From contig CAXXMR010000018.1 of the NCBI GenBank assembly GCA_963663805.2, positions 64,001 to 128,000 on the forward strand: a stretch of 64,000 nucleotides of DNA. The letters are read 5' to 3'. Shown here one piece after another: positions 49,541 through 59,865 of the stretch. How positions within the stretch are numbered: position 1 is the first letter of the stretch; every line of letters starts with the position of its first letter. A model generated the notes under the pieces. That model was not told the origin of the DNA and ran no database searches. It was given only the letters and a program-made list of their open reading frames with translations. The position numbers and the translations under genes are program-made. This stretch comes from Sedimentisphaerales bacterium (GTDB taxonomy: Bacteria; Planctomycetota; Phycisphaerae; Sedimentisphaerales; SM23-30).

Positions 49541-50619
49541 ATGAGCAAGGAAAAAGGTTTCGGTATAGTGGGGGCGGGTTTGATTTCATCTTTTCATCTG
49601 AAAGCAATTCGCGATTGCCAGGGCGGTTACGCGGTAGGTATATTTGATGTCCGTCCCGAAAGTGCTGCCTAAGATGGCTCAGAATATAATATTACGCCTT
49701 ACGATAGTCTTGACGAGATGCTTGATGACCCGGCAATTGATATTGTTTGTGTTGGCACACCCAATCATTTGCACGGCGATATTGTCAAGGCTGCGGCAGC
49801 TAAAGGTAAACATATTCTGACCGAAAACCGCCGGCTATGAATCTTTGGGGAAAATGACCAAATGCAGGAGGCTTGCGATAAAGCCGGGGTGAAGTACGGT
49901 TGTTTTGTGCAAAGTCGTACCAGAAAATCTATTCAGGCCATCAAACAGGCTGTCGATTCAGGACGTTTCGGTAAAATATTGCACGCTGACGCATATATGA
50001 AATGGTTCCGTCCTCAGGATTATTATCAAAGTGCTGGTTGGCGTGGTCAAAAGCGTTGCGGCAGTGGTGTTACGGTTGCCCAGGGTTTTCATTATATCGA
50101 CCTTTTGCAGTATTTAGCCGGTCCGGTTGTCGGCGTTGAAGCGAAGATGGCCAATATCGCTCATCCAGGGCATTGCTTTGGAAGATGATGTGGTCGCTCA
50201 CCTTGAGTTCGCTTGCGGGGCGCGTGGGTTGGTTCAGCTTTCCATCTGCGTTATGGCCGGGCACGGATATTCGAATCGAGATTAACGGCACTGACGGTAC
50301 CGCGGGTAATGTGTGGCGAAACCCTTACGACCTGGAAGTTTAAAGACAACAGGCCGGAAGATAAGGATATATTAGGTCTGGGCAGTTCCAGTCAGGCTAC
50401 CGGTGCCGGCGGAGGCCGCGGATTTCGGTCACAATGACCATGCTGTGGTCTAGTGCAGGATATGATTGATGCGATTGCCACTAACCAGGGAAGTGATAAT
50501 CCCGACCCACTCTGTACGTCCGACATTGGAAAATCGTGCTGGGGATGTATCAATCAGCTGCCCGGAAAGCTCCGGTGAGCTGGCCGATTGTTGATGATGA
50601 AACTATTTGGGACAGCTAG
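49541..50619 (+). pseudogene. Gfo/Idh/MocA oxidoreductase, frameshifted
   Basis: FGIVGAG, TPNHLH and QGFHYIDL motifs in several frames. Confidence 0.78.
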
Positions 50620-50637
50620 GTCGAGAAGATATTTGTG

Positions 50638-51568
50638 ATGATAAAAATAGGCTTAGTCAATATCGATACCTCGCACCCACTGGAGTTTTCCAGGTATCTC
50701 AACTTAACCGGAAGAGCACGCTATACCGCAGTTTACAATGACGGTTTTCAGGACCGATTGTGAAGTAAACAGTTTTATGCGTCAGGCAGGTATTGGTAAA
50801 CCGCTGCGATTCAATCGCGCAGTTGGCTCAGTGTGTTGATATTGGCTTTATTCATTCCTGCAACTGGGACAATCATCTTGAGCAGGACACGTTATTTTAT
50901 TGACGCCGGTAAGCCGGTTTTCATCGATAAGCCGGTTGTCGGAAATATAGCTGATTGCCGTGAATTGGAACAACTTGCAGATGACAGAGCGGTAATTCTG
51001 GGTGGTTCATCAGTCCCTTACGCTGAGGAAATCACAAGTTTCCTGGCATTACCTGAATCTGAACGCGGTAAAATACTTAATATTTTTGGTACTTCGGGCG
51101 TTGATAGTTTCAATTACGCTATTCATATTGTTCAGGCGATTCAGCGTATTGCTCAGTCAGATGCGGTATCGGTTGGCTTTTTGGGCCAACATAAGATTAA
51201 TAGTCAGATTAGTGAATCATATTCCATTAAATTTGAAAACGATGTTACCGCGGTGTATCATTCTGTGACCGGTTTATGGCAGCCTTTCGTGATTGTTATA
51301 ATGACCACGACCGGCACCTGGCATTTTCAGATTGATACGACGAAAATATATGGACAGTTACTTGACCCGTATCTGCGATTTTATGGAGACCGGCGATAAT
51401 CAACTTGTCTCGGTTGCCCAATTAGCCCATACCACAAAAATTATGCTCGCAGGCCGTATCTCAAGAATGTATGCCTGCGGCGATATGCATCTGAGCGATA
51501 TTCCCCGAAGTGACCCCGGCTTTAATGGCCGTGATTTTGAAATTGAATATGCTCAGAGATGTCGTTGA
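50638..51568 (+). pseudogene. Gfo/Idh/MocA-like oxidoreductase, frameshifted
   Basis: MIKIGLVNIDTSHP, GKPVFIDKP and YAIH motifs in several frames. Confidence 0.7.
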
Positions 51569-51760
51569 TACTTTAGATATATCTATTGAATTGTAGTGAT
51601 TGGGTTGGGTATTAGTTAAAGTAAATACATTAATCTTTTGTTGCCGGCGGGGAAAATTGCGACCAATACGGCATTTATGTGTAAGGTTCCGGCCAAGTGC
51701 ATCTTGCGGGGTTCTTTGAAAAATTGATAATACGGCTCATGATTTAATGGAGAGGCAATC

Positions 51761-52111
51761 ATGGGCAAAGCGCGAAAATCTGATACGGAACAGCGGCAGT
51801 TTTGGCGGATGGTGCTGGAGACATTTCAATCCAGTGGGTTATCCGTTCGTCAGTTTTGTCGGCAGGAAGGTTTATCTGAGCCATCTTTTTATTCCTGGCG
51901 CAGGCGTCTGACCCAAGCCCGAAACTCTGATTACGACAGCAAGTCAGAGGCGCAGCCGGAGGCCTTCATTCGCGTTTCGATGCCCCCGTCCCAGCCCGGT
52001 TCTCTGGAGCTTGTTCTGGCGGCTGGCCATACATTGCGGATACCTTCAAATATCGACGATGCATTTTTAACCGGCGTTCTTTCCGCGCTAAAACAGGCAA
52101 AGCTATGCTAA
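51761..52111 (+). CDS. tnpA: IS66 TnpA
   Basis: SGLSVRQFCRQEGLSEPSFYSWRRRL HTH. Confidence 0.88.
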   Translation: MGKARKSDTEQRQFWRMVLETFQSSGLSVRQFCRQEGLSEPSFYSWRRRLTQARNSDYDSKSEAQPEAFIRVSMPPSQPGSLELVLAAGHTLRIPSNIDDAFLTGVLSALKQAKLC

Positions 52112-52464
52112 CTCTGCCCCCGGCGGTGAAGATTTTCATTTACTCTCAGCCGACGGATATGCGTTGCGGTTTTAACAAGCTTTCGATGCTGGCGGAAAAC
52201 TTCATGCTTCAAGATTCGTTCAGCGGCCATCTGTTTGTGTTCTTCAATAAACGCGGCGACAAATGTAAGATTCTTTTCTGGGACCGCACCGGATTCGTCG
52301 TTTGGTATAAGCGGCTGGAGGAAGGCACGTTTGAAAAAATCCCCGGCAAAAATAATCAGGCATCAATCGAAGTTGATATTGCCAAGCTAAGCTGGATACT
52401 GGAAGGCATTGATTTATTTCGCAGTCGCCGCCGAAAACGCTATGAGCGTAAAAGCTCGCTATAG
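52105..52464 (+). CDS. tnpB: IS66 accessory protein TnpB
   Basis: PTDMRCGF and KILFWDRTGFVVWYKRLEEGTF motifs. Confidence 0.92.
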   Translation: MLTLPPAVKIFIYSQPTDMRCGFNKLSMLAENFMLQDSFSGHLFVFFNKRGDKCKILFWDRTGFVVWYKRLEEGTFEKIPGKNNQASIEVDIAKLSWILEGIDLFRSRRRKRYERKSSL

Positions 52465-52577
52465 GCTCTTAGAGTTAAGAATATTACATATTTTCTCATT
52501 TTTATGCTTGCTTTTTTCATCATTTCGCTTATCATAATCTCATCGTTAAGGATGACGAAGTTACTAAACGTTACGGA

Positions 52578-54104
52578 TTGATGATGGCTGAAAAGATAAC
52601 CGCTCAAAGCTCTGTCGAGCAGCTTCCCGATGATGTTGCCACTCTTAAAGAGATGGTTCTGACGCTGTTGGGTCAGATTGATGATCTCAGCGGCCAGTTG
52701 TATTATCTCAAGCGGCAGTTGTTCGGCAAGAAAAGCGAAAAGCTCGATCCGGCTCAGCGTTTGTTGTTTGAAAATCTTTACGAGGAAGTTCAACAGAAGA
52801 TTGAACAGCAGAAGCCCTCACGCGCCAAGGTTGTCAAAGGCCGTAAGAATGCTAATCATCAAGGCCGCAAGCCGCTGCCGGAAAATTTGCGCCGCGAAAC
52901 TATCGACATTGAACCTGCCGAAGAAGAAAAAACCTGCCCGGTATGCCATAACGAAAAAGAACGTATCGGCGAGGAAGTAACCGAAAAGCTGGATTATGTG
53001 CCCGCATCTTTTTATGTTCAGCGTTATGTCAGAAGCAAATACGCCTGCAAGGTTTGCGAGAATAATATCTCGATTGGCGAACTGCCGCCCATGGCGATCG
53101 ACAAAGGCATTCCCGCTGAAGGTTTGCTGGCGTATATCATAACGAGCAAGTATGCGGACCACCAGCCGTTGAACCGTCTGGAAGGTATTATTAAGCGGCA
53201 CGGCGTGGAAATCAACGTCTCAACCATGTGCGACTGGGTGGGCAGTTGCGCTGAACTGCTGGAGCCGCTGGTCAAACGTATGCGGGAGAAGATTCAGCAG
53301 TCGGAAATCATTTATACCGATGATACCTCCATCCCCATCAAGAGCAAAAACCGTAAAGGATCCACGTATAAGGGCTATTTGTGGGTTTATATCGATACTG
53401 ATTATAATGTGGCGTTTGATTTTACGCCGACGCGTTCGCGCGAAGGTCCGCTAAATTTTATCGGCAGAGATTATCAGGGTTTTGTGCATGCCGATGCTTA
53501 TAGCGGCTATGATGAACTGTTTCGGGCTACCGATGCCGTTGAGGTGGCTTGTAATGCGCATGCGCGGCGGAAGTTTGAATACGCTTTAGACAGCGACCCG
53601 GTGCGGGCGGCACATTTTATGGTGCTCTGGGGTAAGCTTTATGAAATCGAGCGACGGGCAAAAGCGGAAAAATATTCGCCGGAGCAACTTTTGCAAGCCC
53701 GCCAGGAAGAAGCCCTGCCGATCTTTGCCGAAATCCGGGCGAAGCTGGATGAGTATCAGGGACAGGTTCTGCCTAAAAATAATATGGGCAAAGCCGTCAC
53801 CTACGCCCTGAACCAGTGGGATGCCCTGGTCCGCTATACCAGCGACCCACGGCTGAGCATCGATAATAATCTTTCGGAACGAACGCTGAGAATGGTAGTC
53901 ATTGGCCGAAAAAATTATATGTTCGCCGGCAGCGAAGCCGGAGCCGAACGCGCCGCCATAATCTACAGCCTGGTCGCCGGCTGCAAACTCCACAATCACG
54001 ACCCATTCGCGTATTTCAATTATGTCCTCAGAAAAATCTCCACCACCGGCGCCAACCAAATCGACACCCTCCTGCCCGCCAACTGGAAAACCCCGCAAAA
54101 TTAA
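52578..54104 (+). CDS. tnpC: IS66 transposase TnpC
   Basis: LFGKKSEK, KYADHQPL, DAYSGY, ACNAHARRKF and IDNNLSER motifs. Confidence 0.93.
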   Translation: MMMAEKITAQSSVEQLPDDVATLKEMVLTLLGQIDDLSGQLYYLKRQLFGKKSEKLDPAQRLLFENLYEEVQQKIEQQKPSRAKVVKGRKNANHQGRKPLPENLRRETIDIEPAEEEKTCPVCHNEKERIGEEVTEKLDYVPASFYVQRYVRSKYACKVCENNISIGELPPMAIDKGIPAEGLLAYIITSKYADHQPLNRLEGIIKRHGVEINVSTMCDWVGSCAELLEPLVKRMREKIQQSEIIYTDDTSIPIKSKNRKGSTYKGYLWVYIDTDYNVAFDFTPTRSREGPLNFIGRDYQGFVHADAYSGYDELFRATDAVEVACNAHARRKFEYALDSDPVRAAHFMVLWGKLYEIERRAKAEKYSPEQLLQARQEEALPIFAEIRAKLDEYQGQVLPKNNMGKAVTYALNQWDALVRYTSDPRLSIDNNLSERTLRMVVIGRKNYMFAGSEAGAERAAIIYSLVAGCKLHNHDPFAYFNYVLRKISTTGANQIDTLLPANWKTPQN

Positions 54105-54543
54105 CCCGCCCCAACCGCAATCCACCAATTGTCAGCCAAGGTGTACTTGGCCGGAAACTTACTTTACAAATGGGTACGAATTACTGATAGTCAGGGAATC
54201 GGCGATATAGGGGACCGGCTTAATCAAAAACCTGATTTTCATAAGATTTTCTCCCCGCTCTGGAGGAATAGCTTTCGTAACTTCCTGTTTTTAAGAAACT
54301 TGGAAGATTTACCGCTGCGTGAAGTTTTTTTGAATATTCTTGTAATTTCCGGGTTTTTATGATAGATTAGCCGTAGATTTCATTGCTGCGGTGCTTTTCC
54401 GGCCGCGGCGGATGTTTAATTTAATAGAGGGGCCTTTCGTTTTAAGCCCGACTGTGGATTATTGGCGGCTAATGTTTTTTTCAACATTTTCCTCCTCGTA
54501 GCCCTAAGTATGGATATTACCCAAAATCTAGAGTGGTGAAAAA

Positions 54544-55284
54544 ATGGAAAAAAACAATATCGATAACATTAAGACTAGAGGTTGGATTACTCCCCTCGTT
54601 GAAAAATTAGTTACAAAAGCATCCTCTTTATCGGAGTTTGTTTTAGGTAAAAGGTTAGATTATCAGAAAAAATCTGCCGACCGTGCCATAACAGCAGAAC
54701 GGGCCAAACACGTTGATACTTATGTTGTATCATTTTTCATTATTAACACCTTATCGTATTTTATTATTAATCTTTGTGTAGGGCGGACAGCCTGGCATTT
54801 ATTATTGATTATAGCTCCTACAATTAGAATTGTCGAAATTGTTTCTTCTATAATTCGTATAGTTTTATTTGATCGTTCAAATATTAAAAAAGATGAAGAA
54901 CCTATTGTAGCAGCATATTCTCGAATGATTATACTTGGAATTCTCAACTATATAGATGTAGTGATATGTTTTGCTTGTATATATAGCCTTGGGAAAAACT
55001 TGTTACACTCTAATGAAAATATGGATTGGTTTACTTCGATTTATTTTAGTGCTATTACACAGATGACAATTGGATATGGTGATGTTTATCCAATTGGATA
55101 TTTGAGATATATTGCATGTACTCAAGGATTTATAGGCTTAATTATCATTGTTTTTGTTGTGGGAAGGTTTATTTCTCTTTTAGCACCCGAAAAAAGTATT
55201 GACGACATAAAATTTTCATCATCTGAACATGCATCGGCTACTGGAAAGGATACCGTAAATCCAACTTCGAATGATAAAGTTTGA
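54544..55284 (+). CDS. Potassium-channel-family (ion channel pore) membrane protein
   Basis: YFSAITQMTIGYGD selectivity-filter motif; several TM segments; very low GC. Confidence 0.8.
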   Translation: MEKNNIDNIKTRGWITPLVEKLVTKASSLSEFVLGKRLDYQKKSADRAITAERAKHVDTYVVSFFIINTLSYFIINLCVGRTAWHLLLIIAPTIRIVEIVSSIIRIVLFDRSNIKKDEEPIVAAYSRMIILGILNYIDVVICFACIYSLGKNLLHSNENMDWFTSIYFSAITQMTIGYGDVYPIGYLRYIACTQGFIGLIIIVFVVGRFISLLAPEKSIDDIKFSSSEHASATGKDTVNPTSNDKV

Positions 55285-55332
55285 TTCGAGTATTTAATTT
55301 TTTAAAACATTTGATAAGGAATACACAGAGAA

Positions 55333-55938
55333 ATGATGCTTGCTGAAATTCCAATTTGCTTAGACCCTTTTGCTTGCACACTAGCCCTTATTGCGATTTT
55401 TTATGCGATATGGGAAGCCCGTAAAAACAATGTTATAATTTTAAAAATGAAAGAATTCAGTTTTAGTGGAGTACAGAGTGTAGATGAAAATGATGGGGAA
55501 AAATTTGTGTGTCTTAGAGTAGTAATTCTGAATAAGGGAATGACTTTACATAATGTAAAGCTATTTTTGTCATATACTCATTTCAGTGGATTGGGTAGAG
55601 TGTCTGTTCCTGTTCCTATTAATGAGACAATATATAATAAGGGAGATTTTGCCCGGGGTATGTTGGCTGAATTTGTAATCAAATCGTACAAATACAAAAA
55701 TTGTGATATGCTACTCGAAACTCTTAATAATGTTGAAAAACAGAATGTTACATTGTGTTTATATTCCCAAAATTATCTTGCCAAGGAATTTCGATTTGAT
55801 AATTTCTTCAAGGACGTAGAACGGAAACTAAAAAAAATGCCTAACTACAAATTTTTTAAATTACACCTTGGTAATTTTAGAAAAGAGAGTTTGCAATTAT
55901 TTATTGACGTTTTAAAGAGGGAAAGAGATTTGCCATGA
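55333..55938 (+). CDS. Hypothetical protein with N-terminal TM segment
   Basis: 201-aa ORF with AAGGA RBS; low GC. Confidence 0.6.
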   Translation: MMLAEIPICLDPFACTLALIAIFYAIWEARKNNVIILKMKEFSFSGVQSVDENDGEKFVCLRVVILNKGMTLHNVKLFLSYTHFSGLGRVSVPVPINETIYNKGDFARGMLAEFVIKSYKYKNCDMLLETLNNVEKQNVTLCLYSQNYLAKEFRFDNFFKDVERKLKKMPNYKFFKLHLGNFRKESLQLFIDVLKRERDLP

Positions 55939-56196
55939 TTGTAGTGATTGATTATTGGAGTACCGAAACGGTGTCCGGTCCTTTTTTGCTTGAGGAATAA
56001 AACCGACTGAACCCCACCACCTCGGGTTTATCGTTCTTAAGAGGAAGGCAAGAGGCATGAGGCGATAGGCAAGAGTGAAGGTTTGGCCTCCGGCCAGTTG
56101 AAATTTTGTTAATGATCTGGCCCGGGACGCTGTCTCGTGCGGTTTCCCCCCGGCTGCCGCCAAATCAGTAATCCGTTTTCAGCAGAAAAAATTTGA

Positions 56197-56285
56197 ACCA
56201 CGAAGCTCGCGAAGTTCACGAAGAAAACATTTATATAACAATACAATAATTCTTTTAACTTCGTGTCTTTCGTGCCCTTCGTGGT
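56197..56285. repeat. Inverted 9-nt-period repeat hairpin
   Basis: ACCACGAAGCTCGCGAAGTTCACGAAG ... CTTCGTGTCTTTCGTGCCCTTCGTGGT. Confidence 0.75.
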
Positions 56286-56487
56286 GCTTAATTCTTTTGT
56301 AGCTGTTATTAAAAAACCGCGAAATCCGGTGCGTATCGCACAGATAGATATAATCATCCGCGGCTAAATTATTTAGTATTAAGAAAAACGCCGTAATAAT
56401 ACTGATAATCCCGAAAGTTTCGTTTTTCCGCTCAAAGAATCATGTTATAACAGATTTGACGTCCCATAAAAACCCCCGCGGCGTAAC

Positions 56488-56740
56488 GGCGCTTTTGTCA
56501 TAGCTCTGCTGATTAAATCAGAAGAGTTCTGACCAAAGGAATCATAGCGCCGACTTTGTCAGCAGAGCGCTGATTTAATCAGCAGAGCGCCGACAAAAGA
56601 ATAATCCCGCCGATCTAAGCGCAGCTCTGCCGACAAAAGCGCCATTTCCCCGATTTAATCATCGACCCGCCGCCGAAATTGCAGCCTTGCCGACCCGGTC
56701 AACAAACCGCCGCTAAAAGAAATACTACACCGCCGGAAAC
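56488..56740. repeat. Degenerate 20-bp-period array with internal inverted repeats
   Basis: Units starting CGA/TGA/CGC every 20 nt from 56551 to 56731, e.g. CGACTTTGTCAGCAGAGCGC and TGATTTAATCAGCAGAGCGC. Confidence 0.7.
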
Positions 56741-57095
56741 GCCGGGAATATTCCCCGCTCGGTCGATCAACTCTGTTTTTTTTCGTAAGGTGCTGGAAGA
56801 TATGGCTTTAGGGTTAAATCGGACGGGCTTTGGCGGGGCGATAGCGTCTATTTTAGAAATTTGTGGTATTTCGGGCGGCGGCCGGGGCCGGGCGGTGATG
56901 TTGGAAGCATAGAGCCTGTTTTTGTCTGGTTTATGCCGGGGCGATAGCGAAAAATGTGAGGATTGACCGTTTCGAGTTTCATTGTTTCCATCTTTTGGCC
57001 GACAGGGGACATTTCTATATTATTATATTCAGTTATAATGTTTACACGCTATAGTTGCGTGAGAGTTTGGCGGCTGAGATATTCTGGTAAGAGAG

Positions 57096-58430
57096 TTGGT
57101 TATGAAACTGTATAAGATGATGAGGTGGTATTTTCGTGTATCTCTGGTTTGGCGTATTCTGGTTTGTCTGGCTGTCGGGGCGGTGATCGGGATTGTTTTA
57201 TGGATACTTTCTGAGCGTACCGACTGGCTGAATCTTCCCGCGATCATTAATATCGTCGCGCCGTTCGGGAATGTTTTTGTTTATATGCTCAAAATGATCG
57301 TGGTGCCGGTTATCTTCTTTTCGCTGGTGCTGGGGGCCGGTAATTTGCCATTGAAAAAATTCGGTATTGTCGGGGCCAAGACCATGGGCTGGTACTTTCT
57401 GACCTCTGTTTTTGCGGCGGTTGTCGGGGCATTTCTGGCATTACTGCTCAATCCGGGCTCCGGCAGCGACCTGGCGGACTGGAATGAAATGGCTACCCTG
57501 CTTTCCGCTCAGGTGGGGCAGGTCAGTGACTCCGCTCAAAGCGATGGAACCTTTACGGCATTATTGTACAGTATGTTCCAGAACCCGTTCCACGCGTTGG
57601 CGGAAGGGAATTTTCTGCCGATAATCGTTTTCGCGATTCTTTTTGGTCTGGCCGTCCGGGTCTGTATGGAGGCTTCGGAGGATAGCCGGTATATCGCTCG
57701 CCTGCAGCAGTTAATGGATGTGCTGGAGGCCTGTCGCGATGCGATGTTCAAGATCGTTGACTGGGTGCTGGAATATTCTCCGGTGGGGGTGCTGGCCTTG
57801 ACCATTGTGAACTTCGCCTTATACGGGCCTAAAATCGTGGGCCCTTATGTGAGTATTACGCTGGGTGTCATCGGCGGGATTGCGGTAATGATTTTTATTG
57901 TTTATCCGATATTGATGTGGCTGGTTACCCGTCATAATCCTTTCACGGTACTAAAGAAGATTCAGGAAGCGATGATTATGGCTTTTATGACACGCAGCAG
58001 TGCGGCGACGCTGCCGGTCTCCATGAAAGTAGCTGAGGAGGAATTGAATGTCCATGATGAACTGGCGAGCTTTGCCCTGCCTTTGGGGGCGACCATTAAT
58101 ATGGACGGGGTTTGTGTGCATCTGCCGATGTTTGCGGTTCTGGCCGCTAATATGTTTGGCCTGGAGTTAAGCGTCTATAGCTTGTTTGTTTTGGTTATGA
58201 CGACGGTATTGGCCTCAATCGGTGCCGGCGGTGTCCCGGGGGGCAGTTTGATGCTGCTGTTTATTATCTTGAGAACGATGGGATTAGCGGAAGATCAGGT
58301 CTCGATTATTGTGGCTCTGGCTCTGGGTATCAATCCGGTGTTGGATATGTTTGAAACGATGAATAATGTGACCGGCGATCTGGTTTGTACTTATACGGTT
58401 GCCTCGAGAGAGAAACTCATCAAGGATTAA
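57096..58430 (+). CDS. Dicarboxylate/amino acid:cation symporter (DAACS)
   Basis: LKMIVVP, TRSSAATLP, PLGATINMDG, AGGVPGG and DMFETMNNVTGD motifs. Confidence 0.93.
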   Translation: MVMKLYKMMRWYFRVSLVWRILVCLAVGAVIGIVLWILSERTDWLNLPAIINIVAPFGNVFVYMLKMIVVPVIFFSLVLGAGNLPLKKFGIVGAKTMGWYFLTSVFAAVVGAFLALLLNPGSGSDLADWNEMATLLSAQVGQVSDSAQSDGTFTALLYSMFQNPFHALAEGNFLPIIVFAILFGLAVRVCMEASEDSRYIARLQQLMDVLEACRDAMFKIVDWVLEYSPVGVLALTIVNFALYGPKIVGPYVSITLGVIGGIAVMIFIVYPILMWLVTRHNPFTVLKKIQEAMIMAFMTRSSAATLPVSMKVAEEELNVHDELASFALPLGATINMDGVCVHLPMFAVLAANMFGLELSVYSLFVLVMTTVLASIGAGGVPGGSLMLLFIILRTMGLAEDQVSIIVALALGINPVLDMFETMNNVTGDLVCTYTVASREKLIKD

Positions 58431-58438
58431 CTCATTCT

Positions 58439-59650
58439 GTGAAGTCCTGCGCATCCATATATAAAACAGGGGTGGGCCCTTCCAGCTCCCATAGTATGGG
58501 GCCTCGAAAAGCCTCCGAAAATTTCAAGCAGATGCTTTCCGGCTCTGTCAGTATGATACGGGTGGAATTATACGGGAGTCTGGCCGCGACCGGCAAAGGA
58601 CACCTTACCGATAAAGCCATCTCGGAGTCATTGCTTGATTATCCGGTGGAGTTTGTCTGGAAACCCGATGAGCATCTTCCGCAACATGCAAACGCTATGA
58701 TTTTTAAGGCTTACAGCGGCTCTGATTTGCTTAAGTCGTGGACGGTTTACAGTATCGGCGGCGGCGAAATATCTGAGGCAGGCAGGCATGATGCTGCGGC
58801 CGATCAGGTCTATGGCCTGGATTCGATTGGAGCCATTATGACTGAATGTTCCGGGCGAGATTTGCCTCTGATCGATTATATTACTTCAAAGGAAGATACC
58901 GGATTTTGGGAGAAGATAGATGCGATATGGGCAGTAATGAAATCCGCAGTGCAAAAAGGTCTGGAGCAAAAGGCGGTCTCTCTGCCCGGCCCGTTAGAAC
59001 TGAAACGGAGAGCCGGGACGATGTTCCATTCCGCGAATAAGCATATCGGTACCGTCAGAGATATGAATCTGGTATCAGCCTATGCTCTGGCGGTTGCCGA
59101 GGAAAATGCTGCCGGAGGCCGGATCGTAACTGCGCCGACTTGCGGAGCTTGCGGCGTTTTGCCCGGTATCCTTTATTTTCTTTATGACAATTGCCATACG
59201 ACGAATCAGGATGTCGCCAAAGCCCTGGCGGTTGCAGGATTGTTCGGAGTTTCAGTGGCGACCCGGGCTTCTATCAGCGGTGCCGAGGTGGGTTGTCAGG
59301 GAGAGATCGGGGTGGCTTGCGCGATGGCTTCCGCCGCGGCAGCATTTCTTCTGGGAGGAAACAACCAGCAAATCGAATATGCCGCGGAAATGGGCATGGA
59401 GCATTTTCTGGGGTTGACTTGCGACCCGGTTAAAGGATATGTGCAGATACCATGTATCGAACGAAATGCTTTTGCCGCGATGCGGGCGCTGGAATGTGCC
59501 GGTTACGCCGTTGCCACGGATGGACATCATATTGTCAGCTTTGATGATGTTATTGATGTGATGAATGCGACGGGTAAGGATTTGCAGGAAAGATATAGAG
59601 AAACCGCTCTTGGGGGATTGGCGGCAATAATGGAAAATAAGATACGATAA
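58439..59650 (+). CDS. sdaA: L-serine ammonia-lyase, Fe-S dependent, single chain
   Basis: GVGPSSSHSMGP, LYGSLAATGKGH, VTAPTCGACG, GAEVGCQGEIG and LTCDPVKGYVQIPCIERN motifs. Confidence 0.93.
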   Translation: MKSCASIYKTGVGPSSSHSMGPRKASENFKQMLSGSVSMIRVELYGSLAATGKGHLTDKAISESLLDYPVEFVWKPDEHLPQHANAMIFKAYSGSDLLKSWTVYSIGGGEISEAGRHDAAADQVYGLDSIGAIMTECSGRDLPLIDYITSKEDTGFWEKIDAIWAVMKSAVQKGLEQKAVSLPGPLELKRRAGTMFHSANKHIGTVRDMNLVSAYALAVAEENAAGGRIVTAPTCGACGVLPGILYFLYDNCHTTNQDVAKALAVAGLFGVSVATRASISGAEVGCQGEIGVACAMASAAAAFLLGGNNQQIEYAAEMGMEHFLGLTCDPVKGYVQIPCIERNAFAAMRALECAGYAVATDGHHIVSFDDVIDVMNATGKDLQERYRETALGGLAAIMENKIR

Positions 59651-59865
59651 ATCAGTGTCGTCCTGTTATTGGAGATCATATATCAAGAGCAGCCTGAACC
59701 GAATATATTATTGAAAGCGATTGTAAGTGGAGTTATGCAAAATGCCGATTTGGCATACGTTATGATCAGAAAAGAGGCGCTGCGCTGTTTTTTCTGAGTC
59801 GCGAGGCTTTGTTGTAAGTTTTTTCCGGTTAATAATTTAATGCATGTTTATGGAAAGGTAGCGAA

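Larger units (their letters stand above)
51681..54162 (+). mobile_element. IS66-family element
   Basis: IR GTAAGGTTCCGGCCAAGT / ACTTGGCCGGAAACTTAC; tnpA-tnpB-tnpC; 8-bp flanks do not match. Confidence 0.92.

Noticed and set aside
52105..52464. RNA-guided TnpB nuclease
   Set aside because: This is the small IS66 accessory TnpB, unrelated to IS200/IS605 TnpB; no RuvC motifs.
54400..56000. Integron gene cassettes
   Set aside because: No attC-like RYYYAAC..GTTRRRY structure between the low-GC genes and no intI.
56488..56740. CRISPR array
   Set aside because: Units are degenerate 20-mers without a constant repeat plus unique spacer, and there are no cas genes in the window.
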